In this document: positions 10,628 through 19,323 of the stretch, in pieces
Position numbering within the stretch: position 1 is the first letter of the stretch
How the letters are laid out: each line of letters begins with the position of its first letter
NCBI GenBank assembly: GCA_965223295.1
Contig: CBDCWC010000002.1
Location: 1,472,001-1,536,000, forward strand
Source of the DNA: Nitrospirales bacterium
GTDB taxonomy: Bacteria > Nitrospirota > Nitrospiria > Nitrospirales > UBA8639
Reading direction: 5' to 3'
Length of the DNA stretch: 64,000 nucleotides
The notes under the pieces: model-generated
The model's input: the letters and a program-made list of their open reading frames with translations, nothing else
Database searches by the model: none
Told to the model about the DNA's origin: nothing
Program-made: the position numbers and the translations under genes

Positions 10628-10740
10628 CTGCCAGGAAAGCCCCTTGCTTTGTATGGGGATGAATGGCAGCCCAGGGCAAATGAAAGCAATAACTCTTTTG
10701 GGTTTTCAAGAAGCCCCGCCCTTTGGGCGGGGAGTTTCAC
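10628..10740 (+). mobile_element. Miniature non-autonomous IS200/IS605-family derivative (two ends joined)
   Basis: Left hairpin ctgccaggaaagcccc...ggggatgaatggcag and right hairpin gaagccccgccctttgggcggggag ending in TTCAC. No tnpA or tnpB lies between them. Confidence 0.68.
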
Positions 10741-10772
10741 TCCGGCAAGCCATTATTGAGGAGGGATCCATT

Positions 10773-11288
10773 ATGAAACGCTGGAGCGCATACTTTAAAA
10801 AATTTCTGAATCCATGTCGCGACCATTCTGGGGCCACTGCGATCGAAGTCGGGCTCACTATGCTTCCATTCCTCCTCGCCATTTTTGGAGTAATGGAATT
10901 TGGCTGGTACTACCTCAAGCAACATACGACCAATGCGGCCGTAGCACAGGGCATTCGAATTGGGGCCATCGGCGCCACGCTCAATGATGCTGACGGCAAC
11001 CCCATGTCTCGGGAGGACTCCATTAAAAAGGCAATTTTGGATAAAACCGATGGCGTCGTTGATATTAATTCAGCAGATATTAAAATTTTTCCGGTTGATG
11101 TTGATTTCACAGATCCAGATGACCCTGCGGTCGCCAATGGTGCAAATGCAGGTGGCGCTGGAGCCTTTATGCGTGTCAGAGTGACCCATACACATGAATT
11201 CTTTACAGGCCTCATCGGACAGTTTTTTTCTGGAAACAATATTCAAATAGTATCTGAAGGGACATATCGCAATGAAGATTTTCTCTAA
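10773..11288 (+). CDS. tadE: TadE-like pseudopilin
   Basis: G-ATAIE prepilin site, hydrophobic helix, EFG. The start is moved from the track's 10644 to ATG 10773, which follows a gaggagg RBS; the upstream extension is IS-end DNA. Confidence 0.85.
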   Translation: MKRWSAYFKKFLNPCRDHSGATAIEVGLTMLPFLLAIFGVMEFGWYYLKQHTTNAAVAQGIRIGAIGATLNDADGNPMSREDSIKKAILDKTDGVVDINSADIKIFPVDVDFTDPDDPAVANGANAGGAGAFMRVRVTHTHEFFTGLIGQFFSGNNIQIVSEGTYRNEDFL

Positions 11289-11889
11289 ATACAAAAAGAA
11301 ATTCGACATACCTAAACCAGTTGCCGATCCCCTTGCCTCTGACCGTGGAATTGCTGCAATGGAAGCGGCATTTGCGATTGTCTTATTTATCTTTCTCGGA
11401 TTTGGAGTTATCGAATTCGGCTCAATGTTCAACGAACGAATTGCCGTGACGAGCCTCGCCCGCGAAGGTGCGAGTCTAGCCTCAAGAAATTTAACCACGA
11501 ATCAAAATATGCTAGACCTCCTGGAATCAACAGACGGCGCACTTGATCTTCCCAATAAGCCCACCAAATATAAGATTTTCTTAGCTCAAATCAACGGAGG
11601 GCCTAACGCGCTCAATCCTGACCCAACTTGTGTGGTGACCGAGCGCGGAGGACTCACTGCTCCAGAAGTTCAGGCCCCTACCCAACCAAACTGTGATTTA
11701 CCCAACAATCTTTACAACTATTTAAAATACGATGCTAGTTTAAACGCGCCCGCTGTCTCTCAATTTACGGTAGTCAAAGTCTATTACCAACATACACCTC
11801 TGACGCCGCTCGGAAACCTGAGCGGAACAGTCGGAGGCACCGCCCATGGCAGCAAAGACCTCACCATGTCAAGTACGGCAATTTTCTAA
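11272..11889 (+). CDS. TadE/TadF-like pseudopilin
   Basis: G-IAAME prepilin site, hydrophobic helix, EFG, AREGA; one Cys pair. Confidence 0.85.
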   Translation: MKIFSKYKKKFDIPKPVADPLASDRGIAAMEAAFAIVLFIFLGFGVIEFGSMFNERIAVTSLAREGASLASRNLTTNQNMLDLLESTDGALDLPNKPTKYKIFLAQINGGPNALNPDPTCVVTERGGLTAPEVQAPTQPNCDLPNNLYNYLKYDASLNAPAVSQFTVVKVYYQHTPLTPLGNLSGTVGGTAHGSKDLTMSSTAIF

Positions 11890-11937
11890 CTGATCCCATG
11901 CTTTGTACAATAACAATGTTCTTTAGAGAGTCCTTCG

Positions 11938-12272
11938 GGATTTGTCAACTAAGCTTCATGCGGACATAAAGAAACGATTTCCTGCACTCCGCTTATGCGC
12001 ACACGGATTCCCTCCACATCTGAAACGACTGCGTCCGCCATATGCGATAATTGACCGCCTGCAGGAGGTGGCGGCCAAGACGAAAGAGATTCTGCGTGAG
12101 TCCATGGAGCGTGAGAAACCGTTGGGCTTGTTGTGCTGATGAAAAGCTGCGCATGTGATATTCTTGTTGCCGCGCCGGCTGATACGAGGCTTCCACGCGG
12201 TTGTTGGCATAGACCGTATTAATATGGTTCACCGTCGGGATGACCTCCCGGTGAGCGGCGTCATAGCTTAAC
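11938..12272 (-). pseudogene. IS6-family transposase C-terminal remnant with probable terminal IR
   Basis: SYDAAH...YANNRVEASYQPARQQEYHMRSFSSAQQAQRFL is the IS6 C-terminal catalytic region; the N-terminal part is absent. ggatttgtcaact at 11938 resembles an IS6 end. Confidence 0.8.
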
Positions 12273-12516
12273 TGAAGCAGAAGCGATGGTACAGCCAGAC
12301 GGCGATGAAGAAAAAAGGCTACTTCAAAAAACAATCCGAGAGACCAAGAACCGAAACTCAGCTGCCTTTTGCAGAGGGTTCTTTATCAATAAATACGTGA
12401 TTTATTAGCTAATCCCTTAAGTTTGTCCGACCACGAACCGACAATAACAGGGTTAATAACCTCACAACATATTAAGAAAATCTATGCTTAACCGCTAAAG
12501 AAAATCCGCTACTTTC

Positions 12517-13065
12517 ATGAAACAAGAAAAGATCCATTCAGAGCTTGCCCTACTTACCAAACAATGTCTGCCTCATGCCAAATCCCTCACAGTGGATCAA
12601 CTCCGACAACTCCAAAAGACTTCAAACAACATAGTTCAAAGTATTTCAGAACACATACAACAAACAACACTTCCTGAAATTATTCAATTGGTCAATCGAC
12701 TTGAAGATTTCGAGGAAATTTTTCCGGAAGAAATCAGCCTGTTACGATTCTGGGTCGTTGGCGGAGAAAACAACTCTGAGAAAGTAGATAACTTACATAA
12801 AAATGGCATTAATACTGTTATTCAACTGATCCACCAAATCCAGGCTATAAATTGGGAAACGGTCTCACGAGATAAATTAGGAGAAGTTCTTTCTCTTGCT
12901 CAAGAAGCTTCTTATCTTCTTTCTTTTTTAACGCAATTTCAAGAGCAGGTTGACCGGATACAAAAATTTGAAAACTTTGTAAAAACCTTAAGTTTAGAGG
13001 ATCGAAAAATTTTGGCCCAAATGTTAAAAGCAAAAATAAATACACTACCAACCTATACATCCTAA
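12517..13065 (+). CDS. Hypothetical protein (helical, no recognised domain)
   Basis: A 182-aa ORF in AT-rich DNA with no competing long ORF. Confidence 0.6.
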   Translation: MKQEKIHSELALLTKQCLPHAKSLTVDQLRQLQKTSNNIVQSISEHIQQTTLPEIIQLVNRLEDFEEIFPEEISLLRFWVVGGENNSEKVDNLHKNGINTVIQLIHQIQAINWETVSRDKLGEVLSLAQEASYLLSFLTQFQEQVDRIQKFENFVKTLSLEDRKILAQMLKAKINTLPTYTS

Positions 13066-13102
13066 TCCGAAAACAATTCTAAAACATTTCATCTGCATCA
13101 CC

Positions 13103-14014
13103 CTAAGCCACTACACCCTTTGGCGACATATCTTCAAGTGCTAATAGTAAAGCATGCGTTCCGGAACGACCATGTCCTAATGTCTGAACTCTCTGAAACA
13201 GTTTGTGAACCACTGAAAGACCGGGAAGAAGCAAGCCCATTCGGTTGGCTTCCACCAAAGCCAACCCCATATCTTTAATGAAATGCTCCACAAAAAATCC
13301 TGGCGAAAAATCACGTTGCAACATTTTCGGCGCCAGATGGTCTAACGTCCAACAACCCGCTGCTCCCTGGCGAATTGACGCCAGCAATTTTTCACCGTCT
13401 AACCCCGCGCGATGGGCATACAGCAACGCTTCGCACACACCAATCATTGTTCCGGCAATGCTGATTTGATTGCTTAGCTTGGCATGTTGCCCAGAACCTG
13501 CCGGCCCTTGATGCACTAAGACTTTTCCAAACGCACGAAGAATGGGGGTCAGGGCTTCAAAGACAGAGATCTCCCCACCCACCATAATCGATAAGGTTCC
13601 CTGTTGCGCCCCAAGATCGCCGCCAGAGACAGGAGCATCAAGCGCAAAAGCCTGTTGGGCATTTGCTGTTTTAGCAATTTCTTGGGCAAGACTCGGTTCT
13701 GATGTCGTGAAATCAATGAAGACTCGACCAGGTCTGGCCTTGGACAGCAACCCATCCTTACTCAAATAGAGATCTTGCACATCTCGTGGAAAGCCCACCA
13801 TGGTACAGATCACGTCCATCTGATCTACTAACACGTCTGGTGATTCTGCCCATAGAGCTCCCTGATCCAACAGAGCCTTAGCTTTAGCCGCCGTGCGAGA
13901 ATGAACCTTTAACGGATAGCCTGCGCGTAGAAAATGCCCACACATTGGCGCACCCATCACTCCAGTGCCAATCCATCCAATCCGAACAGGCGAAGGCAGG
14001 ATACAGGTATTCAT
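13103..14014 (-). CDS. NAD(P)-dependent oxidoreductase, beta-hydroxyacid dehydrogenase family
   Basis: Motifs GWIGTGVMG, DAPVSGGD, GSGQHAKLSNQ and HFIKDM. Confidence 0.93.
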   Translation of the reverse strand: MNTCILPSPVRIGWIGTGVMGAPMCGHFLRAGYPLKVHSRTAAKAKALLDQGALWAESPDVLVDQMDVICTMVGFPRDVQDLYLSKDGLLSKARPGRVFIDFTTSEPSLAQEIAKTANAQQAFALDAPVSGGDLGAQQGTLSIMVGGEISVFEALTPILRAFGKVLVHQGPAGSGQHAKLSNQISIAGTMIGVCEALLYAHRAGLDGEKLLASIRQGAAGCWTLDHLAPKMLQRDFSPGFFVEHFIKDMGLALVEANRMGLLLPGLSVVHKLFQRVQTLGHGRSGTHALLLALEDMSPKGVVA

Positions 14015-14155
14015 ATTAGTGTGCTTTTCCAGATGGGAAAAGGTCTGACGGTATAGAAACTATTCTTTTCAATATGTCACAACGCCCTGTTTCTATGCGG
14101 GAGAGGGTAAAGACTCATTTAACGGCGAACAATAACACGCAAGCCATGCGACCCT

Positions 14156-15667
14156 TTATACAGCCGGCTGCTGCTGCGTAAGACAATGGATGGTCCCAAA
14201 TCCCCACACTAAATCTACCGCGTGAAGACCCACTACCGTCCGATCAGAAAAGAGTTCAGACAAGATACCTAAAGCCACGCGATCATTCGGGTCATTAAAC
14301 GTTGGCACCATCACAACCGAATTCCCAATATAAAAATTTGCATAACTAGCCGGAAGCCGCTGTCCATCAAAATATAAGGGAGCTGGCATAGGCAAAGATA
14401 CAATGCCTATTTTCCGTCCGTCTTCACAGCGCATCCCTTCCAGCCGTTCTCGATTCTCAGAAAGCGGATGATAGTTCTCATCAGAGGGATTTGATTCCTG
14501 ACAGAGCACGACTGTATAGGGATCTACAAATCGACACAGATCATCCACATGCCCATGGGTGTCATCACCAGCTATCCCACTGCCTAGCCACAGTACTTGA
14601 GAAATCCCCAAGTATTCCCGAAATACTTCTTCATAGTCCTGGCGTGAGAACCCGGGGTTCCGAACTTGGGTTTCTTCATCCAAGAGACATTCCTCAGTGG
14701 TCATCAGTGTCCCCTGTCCATTGACATCGATACTACCCCCCTCCAACACAACGCTACGATTCTGCACAGTCACCCGGACAAGGGGAATATTAAATTTTGA
14801 AGCGACCCGTTCGGGAATCCGATTATCCTTTGGCCAATCGGAATATCGTGCCCAAGCATTGAATTGAAAACGTGCGATCGACACTTGGGCTGGCGCATCA
14901 TCCTGCTTGAGAAAAATTGGACCAAAGTCACGAGTCCACCCGCGATTCGTTGGAATCCGCACAAACTCAACATGATCAGATCCCACCCCTACTCGATCTA
15001 ATATCCGCCGAGCTTTCGCTTCATGGGCTTTGTCATTGACTAAAATTCGTACAACTTCACTTTCTGATAATTTTCGAACAATTTCCCCATACACCAACTG
15101 AATAGTCGCCAGCTTGCCAGGCCAATCCGTTGTATTATGTGGCCACCCAACCCACGTGGCTTCATGATCTTCCCACTCCGCCGGCATCCGCCACTCGACG
15201 CTCTCTGAAGCAAGTTGGGACTTATCCCCCACACCTCTCCCTTGAATCTCATGTCCCCTCTCCCCATGAAGGCTTGGCCTCGAAGAGAGGCCAAGCCTAG
15301 GGTGAGGGTGAGAAGCTTCAGAACCCTCTAACACCTTCAATATTTCCTCCAACACAACATCCGTCTTCTTCAACACATCATCATTCCAAAATCGCAGCAC
15401 CTGAAAACCTTTACGACTCAAATACTCGGTACGTTCAGCATCAGCCTTTTCTTGTTCTACATGCTGCGCATCATTCAGTTCAATGATCAGCATCCCTTCC
15501 AACGAACAGAAATCAACGACATATCGACCAATAGGATGTTGCCGACGAAATTTCCACTGGTCTACTTGTCGATCGCGAAGCCGTTTCCACAGCCTTTGCT
15601 CAGCATCTGTTTGATTTCCTCGTAGGCATTTGGCAAAGGATCGAAACCTCAGTGGAACTCGTTTCAC
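14156..15667 (-). CDS. aguA: Agmatine deiminase with an N-terminal DUF559 (Vsr-like endonuclease) domain
   Basis: Residues ~1-113 carry QTDAEQRLW, KFRRQHPIGRYVVDF and QVLRFWN (DUF559). After them come RMPAEW, WTRDFGP, LEGGSID, DDTHGHVD, ASYANF and IHCLTQQQP (agmatine deiminase). aguB is adjacent. Confidence 0.9.
   Translation of the reverse strand: MKRVPLRFRSFAKCLRGNQTDAEQRLWKRLRDRQVDQWKFRRQHPIGRYVVDFCSLEGMLIIELNDAQHVEQEKADAERTEYLSRKGFQVLRFWNDDVLKKTDVVLEEILKVLEGSEASHPHPRLGLSSRPSLHGERGHEIQGRGVGDKSQLASESVEWRMPAEWEDHEATWVGWPHNTTDWPGKLATIQLVYGEIVRKLSESEVVRILVNDKAHEAKARRILDRVGVGSDHVEFVRIPTNRGWTRDFGPIFLKQDDAPAQVSIARFQFNAWARYSDWPKDNRIPERVASKFNIPLVRVTVQNRSVVLEGGSIDVNGQGTLMTTEECLLDEETQVRNPGFSRQDYEEVFREYLGISQVLWLGSGIAGDDTHGHVDDLCRFVDPYTVVLCQESNPSDENYHPLSENRERLEGMRCEDGRKIGIVSLPMPAPLYFDGQRLPASYANFYIGNSVVMVPTFNDPNDRVALGILSELFSDRTVVGLHAVDLVWGFGTIHCLTQQQPAV
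15255..15312. repeat. REP-like palindrome remnant with an embedded 12-bp perfect hairpin, translated as the DUF559-AguA linker
   Basis: ccctctcccc...agggtgaggg encloses aggcttggcctc-gaaga-gaggccaagcct (15270-15298). Confidence 0.7.
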
Positions 15668-15670
15668 TCT

Positions 15671-15693
15671 CCCCTCACCCTAGCCCTCTCCCC
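15671..15693. repeat. REP-like CCCTCACCCTAGCCCTCTCCC element directly upstream of the DUF559 start
   Basis: Seen directly. An inverted related copy lies at 15810-15841. Confidence 0.75.
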
Positions 15694-15809
15694 GACAACA
15701 GGGCAACGGATTATCTAGCCTATTGTTGAGTTGAGTAAAAGGCATATCAGGAGACATCTGATAAAAAAACATGACCTCGTTTAAAGAGCTAGAATAACAA
15801 AAATGAGTA

Positions 15810-15841
15810 CCCTCTCTCTTTAAGGGAGAGGATGAGGGTAA
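15810..15841. repeat. REP-like element (ccctctctctttaagggagaggatgagggt) downstream of aguB
   Basis: Same family as 15671-15693, opposite orientation. Confidence 0.6.
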
Positions 15842-15868
15842 GAACGGCAAATTGCCACGGACCCTAAA

Positions 15869-16756
15869 TCAATCAGACTGATCCAACAACCGTTTCGTGA
15901 TCCCGCCATATGCATCAATGCGTCGATCACGAAGGAAGGGCCAATTTCGGCGAACTTCTTCAATGCGCTGCAGGTCTAAATCAACAATCAGCGTCTCTTC
16001 CTCACTCTGGGAAGCTTGTACCAACACGATCCCAAACGGATCACACACAAACGAACTTCCCCAAAATTCCAATCCATCACCGCCAGCCGGAGCCTCATGC
16101 CCCACCCGATTCACAGCCACCACAAATACCCCATTGGCAATAGCATGACTCTGTTGAATCGTCATCCAGGCATTACGTTGCGCTTGCCCCTCTTCAGTCT
16201 TTTCTTGAGGGTGCCAGCCAATCGCCGTCGGATAGAACAGAATTTCAGCGCCTTGTAATGCAGTCACGCGGGCCGCTTCGGGATACCATTGATCCCAACA
16301 AATCAATGGCCCAACAATGCCATGACTCGTCTTAATCGCCTGAAACCCTTTATCTCCAGGAGTAAAATAAAACTTTTCATAATAAGCGGGATCATCAGGA
16401 ATGTGCATTTTCCGGTAGAGCCCGGCGATCTCACCTTGTTCATCAATTACAACCAACGAATTATGATAAACCCCTGCCATCCGGCGCTCAAAGACTGAGA
16501 CCAAAAGAGTCACCTCATATGTTTTGGAAAGGTTGGCAAAGGCTTCTGTCGTAACCCCCGGCACGGGTTCGGCCAAATCAAACAAACCTGCATCTTCCTG
16601 CTGACAAAAATATTGAGACCGAAACAATTCAGGCAAGCAAATAATCTGTGCCCCACGCTTCGCCGCTTCTTCGACTTTAGCCACAGCCCGTTCAAGGTTC
16701 CTTTCGGATACAGCCGAGCACACCATTTGAATAAGTCCAAGTTTCATATCAGGCAC
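15869..16756 (-). CDS. aguB: N-carbamoylputrescine amidase (carbon-nitrogen hydrolase)
   Basis: E-K-C triad motifs LPELF, YRKMHIPDDP and ICWDQWYPE; YPTAIG; upstream of agmatine deiminase. Confidence 0.9.
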   Translation of the reverse strand: MPDMKLGLIQMVCSAVSERNLERAVAKVEEAAKRGAQIICLPELFRSQYFCQQEDAGLFDLAEPVPGVTTEAFANLSKTYEVTLLVSVFERRMAGVYHNSLVVIDEQGEIAGLYRKMHIPDDPAYYEKFYFTPGDKGFQAIKTSHGIVGPLICWDQWYPEAARVTALQGAEILFYPTAIGWHPQEKTEEGQAQRNAWMTIQQSHAIANGVFVVAVNRVGHEAPAGGDGLEFWGSSFVCDPFGIVLVQASQSEEETLIVDLDLQRIEEVRRNWPFLRDRRIDAYGGITKRLLDQSD

Positions 16757-16936
16757 CTACCCCACCATCCCGCATTCAGCCATATCCTTTTCATTTTAGT
16801 GTGATCGAGAAAAAGAATCTTAAGCAAAGCTGAAGCCAAGTGAATTTCTAAACTTGTGACCAGCATAACGTTTCTTTGATCAATCTACCCCATCTGTGGG
16901 TAAAATATGAGGTTTAACAAGAAAGCGGGATGGAAA

Positions 16937-18355
16937 TTATTTCCCTACAGAAGGGAATTCTGGCGAATCTTCTTGAGAAAAATTTTCGGGCTCGTGAAAG
17001 ACTTCCTGAGTCTCCTCTGACTCAACAAACGTATCATGAGGAGAATGTTCAATGATATGTCTTAAGGTCATTCCTTCTAACGCCCCTTGAATAGCCGCAT
17101 CTCGGCGCATGAGCAACTGTCCGACTCTATCGGCGTTCACCCTAAAGCCTTGCGTGCCACTATGCAATTGATGTTGAACCACTTTCAACACATCTGCAAT
17201 GGCAATCTTTTCTGGCGGCCTGGCTAAGATGACTCCTTTTGGCTCATCTGTCCGCACCAGCATATTGGCAGCGATTAAGTCATTCACCAACGACTCAACC
17301 ATCGTCAGGGGAACCCGTTGCATTCTAGTTAACTGATCTATGGTGAATGGGGTCTTACCTGAAACAAACCGCTTGGTAATTTTTCCAAGCAACGATAAAG
17401 TCAGATACTCCCGAAACAACGGGGTTTGATGCTTTCGCCGCAAATGCAATAAATAGGCAGAGGGATGTTGATGATAATAGGCCACTTGAGCTCCGGCCAG
17501 GACAATGAGCCACCCCACATACAACCAAATGAGAAACAGAATAAGGACCGCGAAGCTGGAATAGATAGCACTGTATCGACCAGAACTGGCCACAAACGCG
17601 GCAAAGGCCATACCTGCAATTTGCCAACAAATTCCTGCAGTCAGTCCTCCTACAAAAGCGGAACCGATATTCACCGAGGTGTTCGGGATAAATTTATAGA
17701 GAAATGTAAACATGCCGCACATAAACAAAATCGGCAGCAGACTGGTCAGCGCCACTAATAGGCTTCCGAGCGGCTGAATATCCATCACCTTTTGGACAAG
17801 CCAATGGCTCTGTGCTGATGCGGTTAATCCAAATGCGGTAAAAACGAAAACGGGGCCAACTAACACTACGCTTAAGTAGTCGGTGATCCGGCGGGCCAAC
17901 GGACGGCCTACGTCTACCCGCCAAATTGAATTCAGAGCCTCTTCGATTTTTTCAATCAACGAATAGGTGGTATAAAATAACCCAGCGACACCCACCGCAC
18001 CTAAAACTCCGACTTTCAAATTGTCCACAAACTGGATAATATTCGTGGTAATCTCCGCTCCCTTGTCTCCGAGAGGATCTAGGCCCTGCGATAGAATAGG
18101 TTCAATTTGTTGATGAACGCCGAAAGCTTTTAACACCGAAAAGGTGACGGCAATAAAGGGGACAAGAGAGAGTAACGTGGTATACACCAAACTTGTCGCA
18201 CGAATGCTCAAAAAACTTTCGCGGAACTCAGCCACCGCGACTAAACCCAATCTTAGGCATTTCACCCCGAACTGGCGGAGCTTCCCTAGTTCATGAACTT
18301 TGGTAGTCCATACGTCATGCTCACAAAAGCGAATAATCCGTTCAATAAATTCCAT
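16937..18355 (-). CDS. YihY/BrkB-family inner membrane protein with C-terminal winged-helix-like domain
   Basis: ATSLVYTTLLSLVP, IEEALNSIW, LYKFIPN, YSAIYSSFA; soluble C-terminus with LARPPEKIAIADVL. Confidence 0.88.
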   Translation of the reverse strand: MEFIERIIRFCEHDVWTTKVHELGKLRQFGVKCLRLGLVAVAEFRESFLSIRATSLVYTTLLSLVPFIAVTFSVLKAFGVHQQIEPILSQGLDPLGDKGAEITTNIIQFVDNLKVGVLGAVGVAGLFYTTYSLIEKIEEALNSIWRVDVGRPLARRITDYLSVVLVGPVFVFTAFGLTASAQSHWLVQKVMDIQPLGSLLVALTSLLPILFMCGMFTFLYKFIPNTSVNIGSAFVGGLTAGICWQIAGMAFAAFVASSGRYSAIYSSFAVLILFLIWLYVGWLIVLAGAQVAYYHQHPSAYLLHLRRKHQTPLFREYLTLSLLGKITKRFVSGKTPFTIDQLTRMQRVPLTMVESLVNDLIAANMLVRTDEPKGVILARPPEKIAIADVLKVVQHQLHSGTQGFRVNADRVGQLLMRRDAAIQGALEGMTLRHIIEHSPHDTFVESEETQEVFHEPENFSQEDSPEFPSVGK

Positions 18356-18524
18356 TGAATTCGACTTGAGGGTTATGAAAAGCTTTTTGCGGCTAGCCTA
18401 CAAAGACTTCAAACAAATGTCTAGACAAGGCAATCCTTTATCTTAGAGATCCGAATTGAAGTAGAGAGCCTTCCTCCTGTAGATTTCATCATACAATCAT
18501 TCTAATATCTTGATGCTATAAGTC

Positions 18525-19094
18525 ATGCGTATCCGTCAACTCATTTCTTGCATTCTTTTAAGCTTTACATTCAGCCTGGTGGGATTGACCGGATGCTCTG
18601 GCTCTTCTGAATGGGACCAACAATGGGAAACTATTCAGGACGACATTCGCAAAGGCAACCTCTCCCATGCCAAAACACAACTTCAGAGTATCTTACCACT
18701 AATTCGTGAAAAGGGGCCTTCTGACAGACGATATGCCCAAATCATTTATCAGCTTGGAGACCTGGCTCGCCTGGAAGGAGACACCAAACAAGCAGAATCC
18801 TTGTACTGGGAAGCGCTACCCCTCATTGCAAAATCACATGGCCCGGAAGATCTGCATATGGCTGATCCCTTGACTGAAATCGCCTCGATATACCAGAACA
18901 ACAATCAACCCGATATCGCATTGCCCCTGCTTAAACGAGCCCTAGCCATTCGTGAAAAGACATGGGGTGTCTCCAACAGGCAACTCCTCCCAACACTCAA
19001 GCAGTACCATATCGTTTTGATGTTGGCCGACAAACAGGAAGAGGCCGTTAAAATTTTGACCCGCATCTCGCATCTTGAACAGATGCCTTCCTAG
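18525..19094 (+). CDS. TPR-repeat lipoprotein
   Basis: Lipobox LTGC and kinesin-light-chain-like TPRs (LLKRALAIREKTWG). Confidence 0.8.
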   Translation: MRIRQLISCILLSFTFSLVGLTGCSGSSEWDQQWETIQDDIRKGNLSHAKTQLQSILPLIREKGPSDRRYAQIIYQLGDLARLEGDTKQAESLYWEALPLIAKSHGPEDLHMADPLTEIASIYQNNNQPDIALPLLKRALAIREKTWGVSNRQLLPTLKQYHIVLMLADKQEEAVKILTRISHLEQMPS

Positions 19095-19323
19095 TTATTT
19101 GTCAGTAACGCCAGACCCTTAGCTGCCATGCCTTTTAGACATCAATCTTCTTCACCTACGAATCTTTGCCTGACGCCAAATTGCTTATCCCTATTGCTCT
19201 TTCCACATTATTGCCGTAGGATAATTCTTACATTCTATATCCCCTAGGGGATGGAAGTACCTTTAGGTTTTTCTTCACACAGCTCTCGTGCAGTTTTCAT
19301 CCCCTCTTGCCGTTCCTTTCGCA

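Noticed and set aside
10644-10772. N-terminal 43 codons of the track's tadE ORF
   Set aside because: They run through IS-end hairpins, and a strong RBS and ATG at 10773 give a normal prepilin leader.
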